From Gonapodya sp. JEL0774 (lineage: Eukaryota): 39,849 nt of DNA. Of this stretch, positions 35,667 through 39,849 are shown piece by piece (position 1 is the first letter of the stretch; the number at the start of each line of letters is the position of its first letter). The DNA lies in the NCBI GenBank assembly GCA_027604505.1, contig JADIIX010000172.1, forward strand, positions 1-39,849, in the 5' to 3' direction. Made by a program: the position numbers and the translations under genes. The notes under the pieces are model-generated. The model was given only the letters and a program-made list of their open reading frames with translations, was not told the origin of the DNA and ran no database searches.

Positions 35667-36586
35667 GAGGTGGACAGAGGAGGGCGGATGTGGTGTTTGG
35701 AACTCTTCTTTCTACAATTTGTCATGGAACAGTTGGAATCAAGGGAAGGGTGCATAAAGTCGGCTTTGTTTCCAAGGACTATACCATGGACGTTGGGTGG
35801 CGAGGAGAAGTGGGCATGCATACCTTGAAACTGAGCGGCGAACAAGTGGATTCCCTTCACTGTATATGATTCTCATGGGGTCATTTGGTATTGATTCGCA
35901 TTTGCATTTTGCATTGCATGCACTCCAACAGCACGTGTATCAGTCACCTCAACCACTTAAAGCTGAATTTGCATATTGTACAATTAAGTGATTGTGTTGT
36001 GGTTAGATGTGTAGATGTATTTGAACAAATGTTTCTGCCTCTCTCTAATCTCTCTCACTCACTCTTCTCACTGGATTCATTGTGGCAGGGAAATTATCTA
36101 CCTTAGTTCGCTTTGCGATATTCTCGTTGTTTGCGTTGCCGGCCTTCCTCACTTCCCGTCATCTCGCTCTTCGCTTCTCCCTGCTCGCTCTCGACATACT
36201 GGCAAAACCGCACTATCGCCCCTTATAAGTCAAAACCCTGTAAGTTCATCGCCATCAGTTATCATTGTCGGTGCTTGTTTTTGCCCCACGCCCCCTTCGT
36301 CACTGCGAATGTAGTAATACACTACCAACTAAAGAGATTTGTGTAGTCATTTACATAAATTACATAATACTAAATGAAATTCAGACCAAGTCGGTTTGGA
36401 CATGTGTATGGCAGCCAACACGCATTATCTATGTATCACGTGTTGGTGCCTCCCAACTGGTTTCTTCGCTTCTGCTCCCTCAACGCTTCTCCCACATCCA
36501 CCAAACCTTGCACCCAAATTCGACACCCTGATTCAACCTGCATCCCATCCGCTTATCTCCTGTTCGGAAACAGTAACGAAATTAAG

Positions 36587-38606
36587 ATGCCCGCTAACGA
36601 ACGTCACGATGAGCCGACCACTGCCGATCTCCACGACGACGACGACGACGCCTTGTCCTCCGCCGGATCTGATTTCAGCCCTTTCGACGACCTTGGTTTC
36701 AACCCGTCTGAATTCGTCAGGCAATTCACAGAGGAACTCCGGGTGAAACGTGACGAGGTCCTGGAACTCGCGCGTACTTCACGGTGGTTGAGGGAGGGAG
36801 TTGGCTTGGGAGATTCGGGACTAGGGAGGAGTGCGTCGTCGCCGTCGCCTGGTAGAGTTGTGGATATGTTTTTGAAGAAGCAAAAGGAAATGGTGGTCAA
36901 GGTGAAGAGGAAGTTAAAAGAGCCGAGGAACGTGAAGCTTCGGTACGTGTTCATCTTTCTTTCCCTCTTCTCGGTAGCAGTATATGTTTATTTCATCACG
37001 AGGTGCTCGGGCCCCACTGGACTTTATCTGCAAGCATTCAATCGCTCTATCCCACTCTAAGACTCACCTTCCCTCTACAACAACAGAGACAAAATCTCAT
37101 TTGTTTTCGGAGTTACCAACCTTTGGGTCACTGTCTTACTTTGTGGTGTCCGCCCAGGGTACGTTGCACCACTCTACCTCTTAAAGCTCCTCGGCTTCGT
37201 TTCGACTCGACTCTTCATCTACCGAGCCAAGAAATGGCACTACTTTCTCTTTGACATGTGTTACTTCGCAAATGCGCTGCTTGCCTATAACATTTTGTTC
37301 CCGGATGCGGAAGGGTGGTTGTTTCGGTGTGGGTGGGGGCTGGCGACAGGACCGGTCATGATGGCGATTCCCGCGTGGGGAAACTCGCTGGTATTCCACT
37401 CTTTGGACAAAGTCACTAGGTAGGTTCAGAATTTGTCCTCGTTTTGAGGTGCCCGAACTTCCCCGATCCCTAGCCCTCATATCAACCCTCGTTTTGCGAC
37501 CCCCACGCAGCATATTCATCCACCTTGAGCCATCTTTCGTCTACTATGTCATGCGCCATCGTGCCCTTGGCTCGTACGGCTTCTCCCCCAGGTTCTATGA
37601 TCTCGCCAACGCCAAGGGCATGTCCTTTACCGACGCCTTTTGGCCGGCGCTTGCAGGATACGCGATATGGCAAATGGCATACTGGGTGTTTGTGTGGACT
37701 GCGAGAGCCGACAAAATCAAGGTGGGTGGCAATTTGTGGGCGTGCGCCAGGCAGACTAGTTTGAAACGATGGTGTGTGGTCACTGACGGAAATATCGAAC
37801 TACAAATATTCTCGATTCTATCGCCGCCCACTCATTTTTTCCCCCTGCGTCCTGTTTTTACCCTCACACCTCCACCAAGTCTGGCTACGCCACCTCCACG
37901 ACTTGGCTCCTCTCAGACCCTAAATCCATCGTCTACCGTCTGACCCGTCCGTTCCCGCCATCCTACCGCCCTCTGGCCTTCGTCGGGTTGCAGTTTGTGT
38001 ATACCATCTTGACCTTGCTTCCGGTCGCCATTCTCTTCGATTACAAATGGGTGCACGCTATATCTTTGGTGGTTGTGCTGGAGTGGGCGCTGTGGAATGG
38101 GGCAAATTATTATGTGAGTTGGAGAGAGCAGGAGGCNNNNNNNNNNGGCCGCCCCCCGCGCGCGGCGGGGTGGGCGGCCGCCGGGCGCCGGCGGCCCCCC
38201 CCCCCCCCCCCCCGCCCCCGCCGCGCCGCGCCGGGCCCGCGCCGCCGCGCGGCCGCTTTGCAGGGGTCCCTTGTTTCACGCGTTCTAAATGCAAACGCTG
38301 TTCTTCGATTTGATCGAAACCGTCCACCCTCCACGAACTCCGCCCCACGCATCACGCCTGATTGTACACCTCCAATTCCAACATCCCGTGCCCATATTAC
38401 GCCCACGCCAGTTCGAAGTCTTCTCTCGCCGCTACGTCTCTGAACTGGACCACATCGAGCGGGAACTTGATGCGGCCGTGGAGGCGACGCCCGGGCGGAA
38501 CGGTGCCGCACAACATGGGGAGGTGCGTGGGTCGCGCGCAGAGGATAGAGTGGAGGGAGGAACGGAGAATGGAAACGGCGACGCGATGGGGAAAAAGCAG
38601 GCGTAA
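36587..38606 (+). CDS. GPC1: Glycerophosphocholine acyltransferase (DUF2838 multi-TM protein); multi-exon
   Basis: RDKISFVFGVTN, YRAKKWHYFLFDMCYFAN, GPVMMAIPAWGNSLVFHSLDKVTS|IFIHLEP, YAIWQMAYW, YATSTTWL, WNGANYY|FEVFSRRY. Confidence 0.9.
38137..38146. other. Assembly gap followed by low-quality GC-only sequence (within a GPC1 intron)
   Basis: Ten Ns, then about 110 nt of almost pure G/C. Confidence 0.97.
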
Positions 38607-38995
38607 TTTGGGCGTGAGGGCCGGGCGATGGAGTGCGGAGTTCGAAAGGGGAAGAACACGGTGGAGACGTGATAATAGAAAACAAGGCGAATCTTTCGTG
38701 TACGCTGTGCTCGACTTTGAGAGAAGTATGTAGTGTTGTCCAATCCGTTTATTCACATTATTTGTACGTTACAATCAATCTATTATCCAAATGCAATGTT
38801 CCGCACTCCGTGTTAGCATCCCTGTAGTCTATGCGCTTAAGTGCAGTGGGAAGTTGCTAATATTCCTCGCCCAGAACAAAACTCTAGTCAGTTCTCGTTT
38901 GTGGGGATAGTTCAAGGGTAAGTCCTTAAAGAGCACACGCCCCATCGGGCAATACGCAAAGCATGATTGTACAGTGAGCACTGTCTCTGTGTCGC

Positions 38996-39467
38996 TCAGA
39001 TATTGAACCCCATGTCACGCATGCACTTTTGATGCGCCTAGAGGGCGCAAATAAAGTGTTTCATTTTTCCATTGTCATTTGAGGGATCACCGGTTGACAG
39101 CGGCATGATAAAGGTCCGTATAATGTTGAGATAAGAAACAAGTGAATAAGTTGTCGGATGATGTTTCCATGTGAATTTGGGTGAATCGACCAGTGACGTG
39201 TCAGCTCCCCCGAATAAGGATCAGCAGCATTGCTCGGCAGCGTACCTTTATCAAATCGCCGCATTTGACCTCCCCTTCCTCTCCGTACATGATCATACAG
39301 TCGTCCCGACTCTGTCGTGTGTCTGGGCAAGCACAGCAGGGTTTGCATTTTGGCTCACCAGAAGCCGATGGAGATTCTGGGAGCTGGGGAGAGAGCGAGG
39401 AGGGAGGAAGGAGGGCAGGGGAAGATGACTGGGAATTGCTTGTGGATTTTCTGGAGAAGAAGGACAT
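38996..39467 (-). CDS. COX17: Mitochondrial copper chaperone Cox17 (2 exons)
   Basis: KCKPCCACPDTRQSRDDC...KCGDLIK|AHQKCMRDMGFNI; CC copper site plus twin-Cys helical hairpin; intron 39245-39038. Confidence 0.95.
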
Positions 39468-39849
39468 CGTGTGATGAGGGCGATATGAGAAGTCGAGATT
39501 CAGCGAGATTCATCTTCCGTGACTCAAAATTCAAAAGTGAAGTGAGTATTTTGTCGATATTGTCCCACTACGTCATTTTCCGGTAGACGTACAAAAATTG
39601 TATGACTACTAGGACCAACGGAGGATATGCAGCTTCCTTTGACAGAAAACTGCGCACCGCTGGTACTTGATTGTTTTTTTATGAATCTTCAAACCATCTT
39701 CCACCCCTTACTCCTTCTTTTTTCTTCCCCACCTCCTCCACCCCCCCTCCAAAACTTCCCACTCCCTCCTGCAACCTCTTTAAGCACCAAGTAGCAGAGA
39801 AATACTTGCTAGAGACGTCACAGATATTTGATAGAGGGACATCAATCCA

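Noticed and set aside
38147..38260. Extremely GC-rich stretch encoding Pro/Arg/Ala ORFs
   Set aside because: Low-quality sequence beside an assembly gap inside a GPC1 intron.

Overview
Gene-dense, intron-rich eukaryotic DNA with GT-AG introns mostly 55-130 nt. It is almost certainly fungal and probably a zoosporic (flagellated) lineage, inferred from two flagellum-type genes; the taxon cannot be confirmed from sequence alone. About 18 protein-coding genes were reconstructed by manual splicing: four hypothetical proteins (two are paralogous coiled-coil proteins), EXO5, a microsomal-type epoxide hydrolase, a SHIPPO/PG-repeat axonemal protein, a C2CD6/CatSper-tau-like protein, ALG13, fumarase, a DUF455 ferritin-like protein, a bacterial-type CMD/AhpD-family protein, RPB11 (invisible in the ORF track), POLE3/DPB4, a fidgetin-like AAA ATPase, cyclin C, GPC1 and COX17. 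There are two 10-N assembly gaps. No rRNA, tRNA, CRISPR or transposon was recognised. The highlight is an apparent fungal homolog of the sperm CatSper-targeting subunit C2CD6, arranged head-to-head with a sperm-tail PG-repeat gene. Also notable: a 118-bp RPB11/POLE3 bidirectional spacer with a perfect RFX X-box inside a long RPB11 intron, 4-, 8- and 12-nt microexons, and a probable intron-colonised bacterial gene with a peroxisomal-type C-terminus. Family assignments come from recalled motifs, not database searches.
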